Notes under the pieces: generated by a model
What the model saw: the letters and a program-made list of their open reading frames with translations, nothing else
The model's database searches: none
Told to the model about the DNA's origin: nothing
Part shown: positions 12,682 through 25,394 of the stretch, piece by piece
How the letters are laid out: every line of letters begins with the position of its first letter
How positions within the stretch are numbered: position 1 is the first letter of the stretch
Made by a program: the position numbers and the translations under genes
DNA from: Chiloscyllium plagiosum
Lineage: Eukaryota
NCBI RefSeq assembly: GCF_004010195.1
Contig: NC_057746.1
Span: 536,901-600,900, forward strand
DNA length: 64,000 nucleotides
Direction of reading: 5' to 3'

Positions 12682-15600
12682 ACTAGTTTTCTGTTCTTGC
12701 TGCTGTGGGAATTGAATATTATGTAAATGGAGAAAGACTGCAGAAAGCTACAGCAAAGAGGGATTTGCGAATCCTCATGTATAAATCACAAAAGAAGCTA
12801 CCAGCCTAGTTCAGTGAGTGACAGGGAAGACACATGGGGTGTTGGTTTCAAAGGCTGGATGTTGTTCAAAGGGAATGGAGTGGAAAGGTCAGGAGGTTTT
12901 GCTAAAATTATACAAGGCAGTATTCAAGCCACGACTGGAATACCGTGATCAGTTTTGTATCCCCTATCTAAGGAAAGATATAAAACAGTTCAAAGAAGGT
13001 TCCCTAGGCTGACACCAGGTATTGAGTGACTGTTTCATGAGTAGGTATTGAGTTAGTTGGACACGTACTCATTGGAATTTAGGAGAATGAGAGGTGACCT
13101 TCTGGAAATATGCAAGATTTTGATGGACTTGACAAAGTAGATGCAGAAAGATGATTTCTCCTTCGGAGAGAGCTTGCACCAGAATATATATTTTCAGAAT
13201 TGGTTGTGCATTTAAAATAGAGATGACAAGGTCTCTCGTCTCCCAGAAGACAGTGCATCTGTGGAATTCATTGTCACAGAGATCTGATGAGGCTACAGGA
13301 GGGCAGGTCAGGAGCAACACCAGCTAAGTCTAAAACAGGTGTCAACCAAGTGAAGCCACAACATAGGACTACTTACCCATCAAACAGAGTAATCATCATG
13401 TGATAGGTAAGACTAAATGTTCCAGTAATAAATAGATTAGATCTAAACTCTGCAATCCTAACACACTCTATCATGAATCTTCATCACAACAGCTAAACGG
13501 TATGGAAGACCCACAAATATCTCTACCTTAAACAAAAGGAAGCCAATTAATAAGGTGTTGGTCTGGTAAAGCAAAATTTGTGGGTTCAAACTCTATCCAC
13601 ACTTCCAAATGACTGCCTGAAGCAAGTTCCTTGTATTCTGCATCCACTCAGAATTATACTGAAAGCTGCCTTGCTGTTCTGCCATGTACAATGTTTTCAA
13701 TCTCAATCTCAATTCGAAGTCAGGGAGGCAAAGGGAGCCAAGACGAAGAGTTTGTGGAACGTTTCAGGTTAGACCAGAGGGCAGACTGGACTAGACTTGA
13801 TACTGTGCAAAGTGATAACATTAATTAGTGAAAACTCTCCACTGCAACTGATGCTAAAGGTGTTCAACCATCTTCAACTGCTTCATCCATGAGCTGCCCT
13901 CTAATTTAAGGGACAATATTCAGTTTCATTGGTAACTCCCCAGGTGCTGAAGCAATCTGTGCGCATGTGCAACAAAACCTAGTTCCTATTTAGGCACTGG
14001 GTGGGAAGTGATAAGTAACCTTCATGCCACCCAGTGCCAAGCAATGTCCATCACCAATAATCCAATCAGTTTCCTTGATGTTCAATGACATGACCATCAC
14101 TACGTTTCTCACCACCAACATCCCAGGGTTACCATTTACCAGAATCTTAGCTGAACCAGTTATATCAATGCTGTGGCTGAACAGCAGGGCATTCTGCGAT
14201 GAGTAACTCACATTCTGTCTCCCCAACGCTTGCCCTGCTAGTCATAAGACAGCACTGCGGTAGCATACTCCCCAGTTACTTGGATGAGTGCAGCTTCAAT
14301 AACACTGAGGCATCTCAACACCATTCCTGACAGACCGGTCAGCTTGATTGGTATCCCATCCACCCCCTTCAACTTTCGCTCTCTCCATTACCTATACAGC
14401 AGAGCTGCAGTGGGTACAAATAAATATTATGCAATGCAGCAACTTGACAACCATTCCAAATACATGACTTCTGCTACCTAGAAGGACAAGAGCAGCAGAC
14501 CCAATGAGAACACCACCACCTACAAGCGTGCCCTCTAAGACATACACAGTCACCATGACTTCATCAAGCTCCTAGAATTCCCTTTCTAACTGCACTGTGG
14601 CTGCTCCGAAACCACAGGGGCTACAGCAGTTCGAGGAGGAAGCTCACTGCACCTTCTCAAGGCAGTTAGGGGGGAGTCAACAAATGTCCGTGACACCAAT
14701 AACCCGATGGAAGAATAAAGAAAATACAGGAGGTCTGTGCAGAATACCGTTGGGATAATGGGAAGTAGTGATATGATATTGGGAGCGGAGGGGCTCGTGG
14801 GGGTGATGAGAGGCAAGTAGAGGTGGTAATGGGATAGAGGGTGATAAAGAAATGAATATGATGATAAGATAATGGGGTTCGTGATGGGATGGTAGGGTTG
14901 TTTTTATATTCATCCATGGGATGAGGGAATTGCTAGATAGGCCAGCATTTATTGTCTTTCCAAAAGGGCAGTGCAAGTCAACTGCATTGCTGTGGGTCTG
15001 GAGTCATGTGTAGTCTAGGCCAGGTAACGATGGCAGATTTCCTTCCCAAAAAGGTATTAGTGAACCAGATAGGTTTTTCATGGTCATCATCAATCTCCTA
15101 ATTTCAGATTTTGAACTAAATTCAAATTCCACCATCTACCATGGCAGGATTCAAACCCGGGTCCTCAGAAAATTTCCTGGGTTTCTGGAGTCACAATCCA
15201 GTGCTAGTAACAGGCCATCATCTCCCATGGTGATGGGGTAGGAGGGTAACAAGTGTGCATTGAGAGACACAGTGAGAGTCAGGTGGATGAGGCAGTGAGT
15301 GTTTCCGAACCTGCTGTCATAGTGTCCTGATATCAAATACAACCGATCGCTTCACTTGATCTCACCTGCAATGTCACTCTTCCGAAAGGATTTAAGAAAA
15401 TGAGTATGAGATCTGCATGTCGAGGATACACTTTCCCTGTGTTCCTCTTATCATTTAAATGGGCTCAGCCATATTTATAAACATCAGTATTTACTTCCAT
15501 AACTAGATCCAACTTTAAGAACCGAGCTTTCTTTTCTTGTCTGATTGTTTAGAAAACCTAAATTCTCAAGGTATTCGATTCTAGTTCAGCAACATGTCAG

Positions 15601-16007
15601 AGATTTAACCTCAGGCTCTCCCTGAATTCTGTGTTTACATTCTCTCATGAGGATAAGTAGAAGCAGGAGTAGCGAGATCTGCTCACTCTACCTTTCAATA
15701 CAAACTTGGGTCATTTCATGCCTTAACCCCACTTTCCTGCTTATTCCCCAGATCCCTTCGTTCCCTGAGACACCAAACTCTGTCCACCTCAGACATAAAT
15801 ATATTCAGCAGTGGAACATTCACAGCCTTATAAAGGACACAATTCCAAAGATTCAAAATTCTTCTGAAGGGCCGTACATAGAACAAGGAACTCGCCAGTG
15901 TCTTGGGATTAGTAACTGCAGCCTGTATCTCATTCACTTTCCCTTCTCAGTCAAGCATGTACTCTCACACTCGTGCTGCCCCACATTTCCAGTGCAGTGT
16001 CCCTTAC

Positions 16008-16286
16008 CCCACTGATAGAGCTGGGCCTCTGCCAGGCTGCTGTGGTCAATGTGACAGGAGTATTGATCCTCATCCCCAGCATTGATCTCAATCTCTTTCT
16101 GGATCTGATGGGTCCCATCGTGGTTCGGTCGAACCCCCTAGGATTGGGTCTCAGACATGACCTCTCCATTCCTTAGCCAGGTCACCTCGATGTCTACAGG
16201 ATCAAACCCAGTGACCAGGCAGGAGAGAGTGAGCGGCTTGCCCTGACGACTGGGCTCCCTCCTGGAGATGAACACTTCAGGCTGAA
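16008..16286 (-). CDS. Gene A exon 4, alpha3 Ig C1-set domain with premature TAG
   Basis: Not in the ORF track. 279 nt between AG and GTAAGG: VQPEVFISRREPSRQGKPLTLSCLVTGFDPVDIEVTWLRNGEVMSETQS*GVRPNHDGTHQIQKEIEINAGDEDQYSCHIDHSSLAEAQLYQW. Both Ig cysteines, the core Trp, PNxDGT and YSCxxxH are present. Confidence 0.93.
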
Positions 16287-16402
16287 CTGTGATGGGAAAG
16301 GGTGAAAACACAAACAACGGACAGACACTGAATGGAATGGGAGAGCGGTTTCATAGATCAGTGAGGTTAGATCAGAACATGAAACAAAACTGAAATACAC
16401 AC

Positions 16403-16678
16403 CTTTCCTTTTAAGATATTCCTTTCCAATGCTTAAGCGTGATTTTAAACGTTCAACAAGTTCAACTTCCATCAGCCATTTCCAAAACTTGTTCCAGGAT
16501 TCATCAGAATCCCATTTCTGTTTAGTCTTCACTGCGTTGTGATGTGATGCGACCCATCGCATTCTGTCTGACTCCAAACTAATGTAGTCCTTTCCATCAA
16601 AGGCAACACTCATTGTTCTCTTAATGGAGCCATCTTCAGACAGCTCAACATTCCTTATCCATTGCAAAATGTGCATTC
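16403..16678 (-). CDS. Gene A exon 3, MHC class I alpha2 domain (no cysteines)
   Basis: Acceptor tctttgacAG, 276 nt, donor GTGTGT. GMHILQWIRNVELSEDGSIKRTMSVAFDGKDYISLESDRMRWVASHHNAVKTKQKWDSDESWNKFWKWLMEVELVERLKSRLSIGKEYLKRK contains HILQ, AFDGKDYI and TKQKW. Confidence 0.95.
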
Positions 16679-16944
16679 CTGTCAAAGATAAACAGGGAAA
16701 TAAATCAAATTTTCACGGGAGAAAGGTACTCAATGGGTTCAGTATTAGAGTAAATTTCTCTGATGGCTCAGAATTATACTCCCTGACACACATTTGCACC
16801 CATCATTACATTAGTAACACCCTCTGTGAACTTGGTATTACAGTCTTAGATCCCACAGTGGGCACTGTATTATACTCTGCAGGCTCAGATTTACAACAAT
16901 AAGTTTCTCTATGTTCAGTATTACAACAATGGGTCTCTCTGACT

Positions 16945-19165
16945 CATAGAGTCACAGAGATGTACAGCACAGAAACAGACCCTTCAGTCCAACCCATCCA
17001 TGCCAACCAGATATCCCAACCCAATCTAGTCCCACCTGCCAGCACTTGGCCCATATCCCTCCAAACCCTTCCTATTCATATACCCATCAGAGCACTTTAA
17101 ATGTTGCAATTGTACCAACCTCAACCACTTCCTCTGGCAGCTTATTCCATAGGTACCCGCCTCTGTGTGAAAAAGTTGCCCCTTAAGTCCCTTTCATATC
17201 TTTCCCCTCTCACCCTAAACCTACGCCCTCTAGTTCTGGATTCCCCCACCCCAGGGAAAAGACTTTGTTTATTTATCCTATCCATGCCCTTCATGCTTTT
17301 ATAAACTTCTATAACATTAGTTTAGATTCCCTACATGTGGGAATAGGCCCTTCGGCCCAACAAGTCCACACCGACCCTCTGAAGAGCAACCCACCCAGAC
17401 CCATTCCCCTACATTTACCTCTGACTAATCCGCCTAACACTAGTGGTAATTGAGCATGGCCAATTCCCCTAACCTGCACATCTTTGAACTGTGGGAGGAA
17501 ACAGGAGTACTCAGAGGAAACCCATGCAGACACGGGGAGAATGTGCAAACCCCACACAGACTGTTACCAGAGGCTGGAATTGAACCTGGGTCTCTGGTGC
17601 TCTGAGTCACCGTGCCGCCCCGGTGAGGTCACCTGGGGTCACCCCTTAGCCTCCGATGCTCCAGGGAAAACAGCCCCAACCTGTTCAGCCTCCCTCTATA
17701 GCTCAAACCGTCCAACCTTGATAACATCTTTGTAAATTGCTTCTGAACCTTTTCAAGTTTCACAACATCTTTCCGATAGGAAGGAGACCAGAATTGCACG
17801 CAATATTCAAACAGTGGCCGAACCAATGTCCTGTATAGCCGCAACATGACCTCCCAACTCCTGTACTCAATACTCTGACCAATAAAGGAAAGCATACCAA
17901 ACGTCTTCTTCATTATCCTATCTACCTGCGACTCCACTTTCAAAGAGCTATGAAGCTGTACCCCAAGGTCTCTTTATTCAGCAACACTCCCTAGGACCTT
18001 ACCATTAAGTGTATAAGTCCTGCTAAGATTTGCTTTCCCAAAATGCAGCACCTCACATTTATCCGAATTAAACTCCATCTGCCACTCCTCAGCCCATTGG
18101 CCCATCTGATCAAGATCCTGTTGTAATCTGAAGTAACCCTCTTCACTGTCCACTACATCTCCAATTTTGGTGTCATCTGCAAACTTACTAACTGTATCTC
18201 TTATGCTCACATCCAAATCATTTATATAAATGATGAAAAGTAGAGGGCCCAGCACAGATCCTTGTGGCACTCCACTGGTCACAAGCCTCCAGTCTGAAAA
18301 ACAATCCTGCACCACCACCCTCTGTCTTCTACCTTTGAGCCAATACTGTATCCAAATGGCTAGTTCTCCCTGCATTCCATGAGATCTAATCTTGCTAATC
18401 AGTCTCCCACGGGGAACCTTGTCAAACACCTTACTGATGTCCATATAGATCATGTCAATCGCTCTGCCCTCATCAATCCTCTTTGTTACTTCTTCAAAAA
18501 GCCATGTTGACTATCCCTAATCAGTCCTTGCCTTTTCAAATACATGTACATCCTGTCCCTCAGGATTCCCTCCAACAACTTGCCCACCACTGAGGTCAGG
18601 CTCACTGGTCTATAGTTCCCTGGCTTGTCCTTACCACCCTTCTTAAACAGTGGCACCACATTTGCCAACCTCCAGTCTTCTGGCACCTCACCAGTGACTA
18701 TTGATGATACAAATATCTCATCAAAGAGCCCACTTCTCTAGCTTCCCACAGAGTTCTAGGGTACACTTGATCAGGTTCTGGGGATTTATCCACTTTTATG
18801 TGTTTCAAGACATCCAGCACTTCCTCCTCTGTAATATGGACATTTTCAACATGTTTCCCTACATTCTATATCTTCCATATCCTTTTCCACAGTAAACACT
18901 GATGCAAAATATTCATTTAGTTTCTCCCCCATCTCATGCGGCTCCATACAAAGGCCGCCTTGCTGATCTTTGAGGGGCCCTATTCTCTCCCTCGTTACCC
19001 TTTTGTCCTTAATGTATTTGTAAAAACCCTTTGGATTCTCCTTAACCCTATTTGCCAAAGCTATCTCATGTCCCCTTTTTGCCCTCCTGATTTCACTCTT
19101 AAGTATATTCCTACTGCCTTTATACTCTCCTAAGGGTTCATTCGCTCTATCCTGTCTGTACCTGA
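16945..19165 (-). mobile_element. CR1/HER1-like LINE, 5'-truncated, interrupted by a SINE
   Basis: [34 protein letters not shown] and YRTLVRPLFEYCVQFWSP. SINE at about 17320-17620. Confidence 0.92.
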
Positions 19166-20889
19166 CATGGGTTCAGTATGATGTGAATAAATACCTGTGA
19201 GCTGTGCCTTGCAATAATGGATACACTATGTACTCATACATTAATAAAACCCTTGTGTCTGTGCCATCTTTGAAAGGGCACTGTGCACCTGAATAAATAT
19301 TGGCAATCTGCTGCTGCCCATCATTGGCAACCTAATGGCACAGTAGCCATAAAGGCATATTCCCCATAGCACACGGCTGACATTATTTACATCACACGTA
19401 CAATTCCATTCTCTCACCTCAGTCACTGTTTAACCACCACACTGGACCCGTCCTTGGCAGAGTCCTGGCTGAACACCCTCTAAGGCAGTATTACATTGAC
19501 CCTAATGCAACTTGCCATTGTCCAGTGGGGATACATCACAGAGAGGCAAGCAAGCAGACATTTCCAACCACAAACGTGACCTTTTATTTACCAAAACTGA
19601 AATGAAGCCAACAGAGGCTGAATTACATCCCACAGTACCAACCAGGTTTTGGTATCATGACCGAAAAATGTTCCAGTCCACAATGGTCTGCTGCAACCAG
19701 TCTCTTCAATGAGGTTCTGTCAAGTGTGTTTTGTTTGTGCAGCTGAGCTCTGTCATGGTCAATGTCAGCTTCCCCTGGGTGTGGAAGAAGGTGACACTGC
19801 ACCTCAGTAAGGTTAATTAAATTACATAAAGAAACGGCCAAGTATTAGTTTTTTAAGTGTCGAAGGAGACATGAGAGGGACGTCCGAGGACCACATCCCA
19901 ACGGACAGTCCTTTAGGAAAAATGTTAAGAGATTGGAAGTACAATCCTCAGACATGAGGAAATGATAAAAAAAAAGATAAAATGTCAATTGAAAACAGCC
20001 TTACAGTCAGGAGGAACTTCGTGTCAGAAGGGCTACTGAGGGTACACTTCGTAACTAACTTATAGCCAGACATCCAAAAATATATTCAAACCCTAGAGGA
20101 GTCATTGTGGGAAGCTCAAAGTGTCTTGAGATACGGTGTCTCTGTGTGTGTGTGTGTGTGTGCGTGTGTGAGTGAGAGAGAGAGAAAAGAGCTGTACAGC
20201 TGGTAGAAAGTTTAACCCGTTGTGATTCAGTTTGAATGCACATTTGTTTGTTGGTGATTTGAGTGTTTGTGATTCGGCCATTATTCATGCATTAGAAGTT
20301 TTTTTTTAATGACCTATAGCATGGTAGTTGAGCGGTGGCTGGTCGGGACTACTTGGGAGGACTAGTTTTGGATTTGAATCAGGGGACTAAAAACCGGGTA
20401 GTTGTGGTGGATTTCAAGGTTGGGAGCTGTATGCATTTCACATTTTGAATATTAAACACTGAATAAATGAATTTATAATATATAAATATATATTTACAAG
20501 TAAGATTCCAAAATGTATAGTTAGGAACAGGCTTTAAAGAAAAGCAAGCATAAATTGATAAATTGTATTTGAGATTACAGGGAGCAAGAAATATTGCAAT
20601 ATTTATTTTTAAAAAATCAAGGTCTAAACAAACATTGCGTGATGAGGAATGGCCATGACGTGGCCCTAAGGCTGTTCAGTTGGTTAAATGGGCTCAGCAA
20701 TTGATCTGGCAACGTAACATGGGAAGCAGAAACAAAAAGGCAAAAATAATGCTAGCCCACGGTTGATGAGGTAATAAAGAAAAGGACAAAACTAAAAGGA
20801 GAAGGAAACCGGAATGGTGGTGGGCAGCATGTTGAACATAAAGGGAGGAGAAGGGATCGGGGAGGAGATGTGAAGGGGTCTGGTGAATA

Positions 20890-21170
20890 GGAACAAGGAT
20901 CGAAGTGGAAATCCCCACAGGTGGGATGTAATTACTGTGAAAGGACGGGTCACTTTAAGGGAGAGTGTCCAGATCCGAAAAAGGACGTAAAGGCAGTACC
21001 GTTTATGAACCTTGATGAAGAATAGGGATGTCAGGAGATCCTGCCCCCGGGGACTCACCAGGAACCCTTGATAAATTTAAAGGTGGGACCTTACAAAGAG
21101 GACGTAGTTTTCCAAGTCGATACGGGGGCAGCAAGGTCATCCTTAAATTTTAAGCCCAAGGCAGTGGGAA
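20890..21170 (+). pseudogene. gag: ERV gag C-terminus, gag-pro TAG junction and protease N-terminus
   Basis: CNYCERTGHFKGEC (CX2CX4HX4C) at 20927-20968. TAG at 21023-21025 is followed in frame by ...HQEPLINLKVGP...FQVDTGAARSS. Confidence 0.88.
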
Positions 21171-21469
21171 CGAAAGAGTTATTTGGATTATGGTGACAGT
21201 TTTGTGATGAGAGGCACGAAGAATCAGTTTTGCGCTCATGACAAAATACTGCCACCAAATTGGGGATTGAATTAACTGCAAATGGTGCTATGGAATCTGT
21301 TCAGGTTCTTAAAAATGAATGTGCTCGAGCAAAACAATTACAGAAACAGAATCAACGCAAGATCCGCTGAAACTCAGGCTAAAGGGACTTTGAGTAACTG
21401 ATTATACAGTGGTGACGCGAGTGCGGGATTATATATTAAGTCTTTTTGTGCTTCAGGGTTATGTTACTA

Positions 21470-23332
21470 GCTCTCCCCCACATCAGGTACGGACCATACT
21501 AAATCAGAAAGCAGGACAATGGCTCACAGACTCTCGGATCTTGAAATATGAGACAATCTTAATAGAACAGGATGACCTTGTGTTAGTCACAGACAGTTGC
21601 TTGAATCCAGCTGCATTTCTGTGGTGGGGAGAGGGGGGTGGCCCTTGGCAATCCAGAACATGATTGCCTTGACATTACTGAATATCAGACTAAAGTACTG
21701 ATGAACTTAAGAGAGGTACCGTTGCATGCGGGAGCTCAGTTGTTTATCGATGGGTCCTCCCAGTGATTGAGGGTAAAAGGCATTATGGATATGCTGTAGT
21801 AGACGGGATAGAGGGAAGCGTTATCGAGGCTGAAAGACTGCCTGACGGCTGGTCGGCCCGGGCTTGTGGGCTCTGTGCCCTGGGGGGAGCTCTCGGAACC
21901 TTGGAGGGCAGGGGAGGAGCGGTGTGTACCGACTCCAGGTGTGCGTTTGGAGTGGTACATACCTTTGGAGGGATTTGGCAGGAAAGAGGACTGATAAATA
22001 GCAGAGGAAAAGAACTAGCTCATGAGGAATCGATAAAACAAGTGCTGGAATCCTTTTACTCCCGAGAGAAATAGCAATAGTTCATATAAACGGACATCAG
22101 AAGGGGAATGAACCGGAAACAAGGGGAAATAGACTGGCCGATGAGGGAGCAGTGATCTCCTCCCTAATATCTGCAATTCCAGATCTCCAGGGTACCCCGT
22201 TGTTTACTGCAAAGGAGGAAAAGGGACTAAAAGATTTAGGAGCTGCAAAGACAGCAGATGGGCACTGGATGTTACCCGATGGGAGGGAAATGTTGAATAA
22301 AATGATGATGCAAGAGATTATAGCTGTCCTACATCAGGGGAGTCACTGGGGAGTGATGTGATTTAGTCGTAAGGAAACATGGATGTAAGGGATTATATAC
22401 ATTGGCAAAACAGATATGCCAATGGGTGTACAACTTGCCAAAAGATTAATAAGAAAGTAATGAGAGGGGGCTCCAAGAGGAGGAAGAAACCCAGGGGTGA
22501 GACCCTTCCAAAGAATACAGGTGGATTACACCGAACTACCCCCAGTAGGGAAACAAAAGTACTTATTAGTCCTAATGGATCACCTACCTGGGTGGGTGGA
22601 GGCATTTCCAATGTCCTAAGCTACCTCGAAGGGAGTAGTGAAAACTCTTTTAGAACATATAATCCCTCGATATGGAGTGGTGGAAAGTATAGATTCAGAC
22701 CAAGGTAGCCATTTTACCTCTAAGATCCTACAAGAAGTAATGGCGGGATTAGAGATCTCTTGGGAATTCCACACCCCTTGACACCAACCTTCCTCTGGAC
22801 GGGTGGAACGAATGAATCAAACCTTAAAGAAGCAATTGTCTAGGCTAGTCCTGGAGACTCGATTACCATGGACAAAATGTTTACCTAACGCATTGCTACG
22901 CATTAGGACTGCGCCTAGACGTGATATAGGCCTCTCTCCTTATGAGATGATGTTTGGATTACCTTTCTTGGGTGGAAGAGGGGAATTACCAACTGTAGAG
23001 TTCAATAATAAGTTTTTAAAGAACTATATTGTGGCGCTCGGCTCTTCTTTGTCGGTCCTTAGGAAGAAGGGTCTGTTGACCCAGATACCTCCACTTGAGT
23101 TCGACAACCGGGTGACTGGGTCCTGATCAAGACCTGGAAAGATACCAAACTCCACCTGAGCTGGGAGGGACCATTCCTAACCCTCCTGACTACTGAGACA
23201 GCTATCCGGACTGCTGAGAAAGGGTGGAGTCATCACACTCACGTTAAAGGTCCTGTGAACGCCCCATTGGCGGAGTGGCACGCCCGTCCTACAGACAGCC
23301 CTCTGAAAATTAAGCTGAGAAAGAAGGAATGA
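21470..23332 (+). pseudogene. pol: ERV pol remnant: connection, RNase H, integrase
   Basis: PHQVRTILNQKAGQWLTDSRILKYE; LFIDGSS; LHQGSHWG; SSGRVERMNQTLKKQLSRLVLETRLPWTKCLPNALLRIRTAPRRDIGLSPYEMMFG. Several frameshifts and stops. Confidence 0.92.
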
Positions 23333-24700
23333 ACTGAGACAAAAGACTCTTAATGTTTGATGATATCTATTGTTATTAATTGTAAGGGCTGCGTGGACTC
23401 ACCTCTCCCTGGCACCTAAAAGATTAAGACAGAATGGTAGGCAGGGGTCAGAGATGGGCGGGTACTGGTATAGTATTGTGATGTTAGTAGTACTGACTGT
23501 TCAAGGAAGCGGGCACTACACTGTGCCAAAATTATGCTAAACAAGAGGGACTTGCCGACTGTTGGGTCTGTGCAGAGGTCCCACACCATGGTGAATCTGG
23601 AATCCCCACCTCGGTAATACCGCATACCAAAAGGGAAGTGTACGATGTACAACAATTTGACTCGGGCTCAAATAATACAAAGTGGAAATCTGAAAGAAGC
23701 AAATATAACTTTGTGGGATGGTTCCCTAGACCAGCCCCGAAAACTCAGGGTGTTATCGATAGCCTTAGAGTTTCCCCACCGAAGGGAGCAGTGAATACCA
23801 CCTGTTTTTGTAATCAGAATGACGCCGCACCCTTCCAATTAGGAAAATCATCTTGAGTCTACACCAACTAAGCTACAGCCACGACCACTCCTCGAATATT
23901 AAACGGAACATATTGGGTATGCGGTCTGAAGGCCGATCCATTTATTCCCGGGGAAAAATACATTCGCGTGAAAACACTGCCTCAAGACGAGAAAGGCTGG
24001 AGTGGCTGCTGTTACTTCGCTTATATAGTCCCTCACCTGGGAATAGAAAAACATGAGCCCAACCTGAGAAAGGAAGGGGGATAAGACGTAAGACCCGAGA
24101 GGTCTCTGAAGGAGACCGCCTGCTGTGGACACTACTCCCAAACTACGGCACTACAAGGGCAGGGGTGGAAATACAGAAACTGGCGGCTGCCCTTGAAAAT
24201 TTAATTAATGATACCACCGGCGCAATGGGAGAAACTCAATCCCAAATATCGGCCATAACCACCGAAATGATTGCCACAAGACTAACAGTTTTACAGATTC
24301 GAATGGCTTTAGACTATCTTTTGGCCGAAAAAGGGGGAACCTGTGCTCTGATTGGTAAGGAATGTTGCACCTTCATCCCAGACATCTCTTCCATAGTGGA
24401 AGATAAGGCAGAAATAGTAAAGAAAAAGATAAGCAATATAAGATGAAGGATGGGGATGGGGTGACCAGAGACTGACTGGTTGGGGAAAATGGTTAGTTAA
24501 TTTAGGCATTTATGTATTACTAATAATAGTAGGTCTATTGATAGGGTTTAATGTGTTAAAATGGATAATGACTAAGCTGGTAATGTCTTTGGGAGGACAA
24601 CAATCAATAATGGTCATGACAATAGCACAAGCGCAATAAAGATTACTCCTAGAGTTTGAAAAAGACAGACTTAGAAGGACAGAAATGGCTAGATTGTGAA
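23330..24700 (+). pseudogene. env: ERV env remnant, gamma-type TM
   Basis: Furin-like RRKTR at 24084-24098, a heptad repeat, then LQIRMALDYLLAEKGGTCALIGKECC (immunosuppressive domain plus CX6CC) at 24291-24368. SU and membrane anchor are disrupted. Confidence 0.9.
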
Positions 24701-24781
24701 CCCCTGCACTATAGGGTGAAAAGAGGTTAGAAAATAAAATTGCAAAAACAACAAATGGTTAAAGAAAAGAAATGGGGGAGT

Positions 24782-25394
24782 TGTAAGAAATGGGGAAGTG
24801 TGTTGGTTTTGCTGCAGATATAGAAAAGCAAGAGTGTGTATGTGCAGGAAAGAGGTACAAGAAAAATATTAGTTAAGCAAGCATTAGGGAAATGTTTCTT
24901 AATCCTTAATGTATAATAGTGGATAATTGAATACTAACTTTACTGCAGAATTTCTTCATAACATTTGAAATAATAGTCTCAGCAAAATAGTTGAGATAGC
25001 TGAAACGGATAGACTAAGCACTAAAAGATACATTGTTAAAACGTATGTTCAGGAATGGAATGTACCTATGGACAAGTAAAGTGAAGAAGGAACATCAAGA
25101 TACATGTTTAGCCTTGTGTCAGCACTTACAGAGGGAAAGGTTGCCAACTTCGAGAGAAGGGGGCAATAAGGGTGGAGCACAGCTGGGCAATGGCAGAATA
25201 CTAAGAAAGATGGGGTAATGTAGGAATCGGGAGAGATGACCTCACGCAACTCAAAGGTATAACTGTGTCGTACTTTGAATTCTCTTTGCTCATTTGCTTC
25301 TGCAATTGATGCCCTTACTTGCAAGTTCGTAATAAATTGTCTTGTTTCCAGTTTTGGTGGTCTCGTCTAAATTTTATTAAGTTTGTTTCTAACA
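24782..25394 (+). repeat. ERV 3' LTR
   Basis: Purine-rich tract AAAGAAAAGAAATGGGGGAG (24761-24780), then TGTAAG...; AATAAA at 25331; ends ...CTAACA. The right end is inferred because no second LTR is available to compare. Confidence 0.65.

Larger units (their letters stand above)
19860..25394 (+). mobile_element. Endogenous retrovirus, class I (ERV1), HERV-I-like, internally deleted and degenerate
   Basis: Ordered remnants: matrix (IPTDSPLGKMLRDWK), CCHC knuckle, TAG, protease DTG, RNase H, integrase, env, polypurine tract and LTR. No RT core and no 5' LTR found. Confidence 0.9.

Noticed and set aside
11938-12686. ORFs with 11-aa repeats on both strands
   Set aside because: Artefact of the 33-bp minisatellite.
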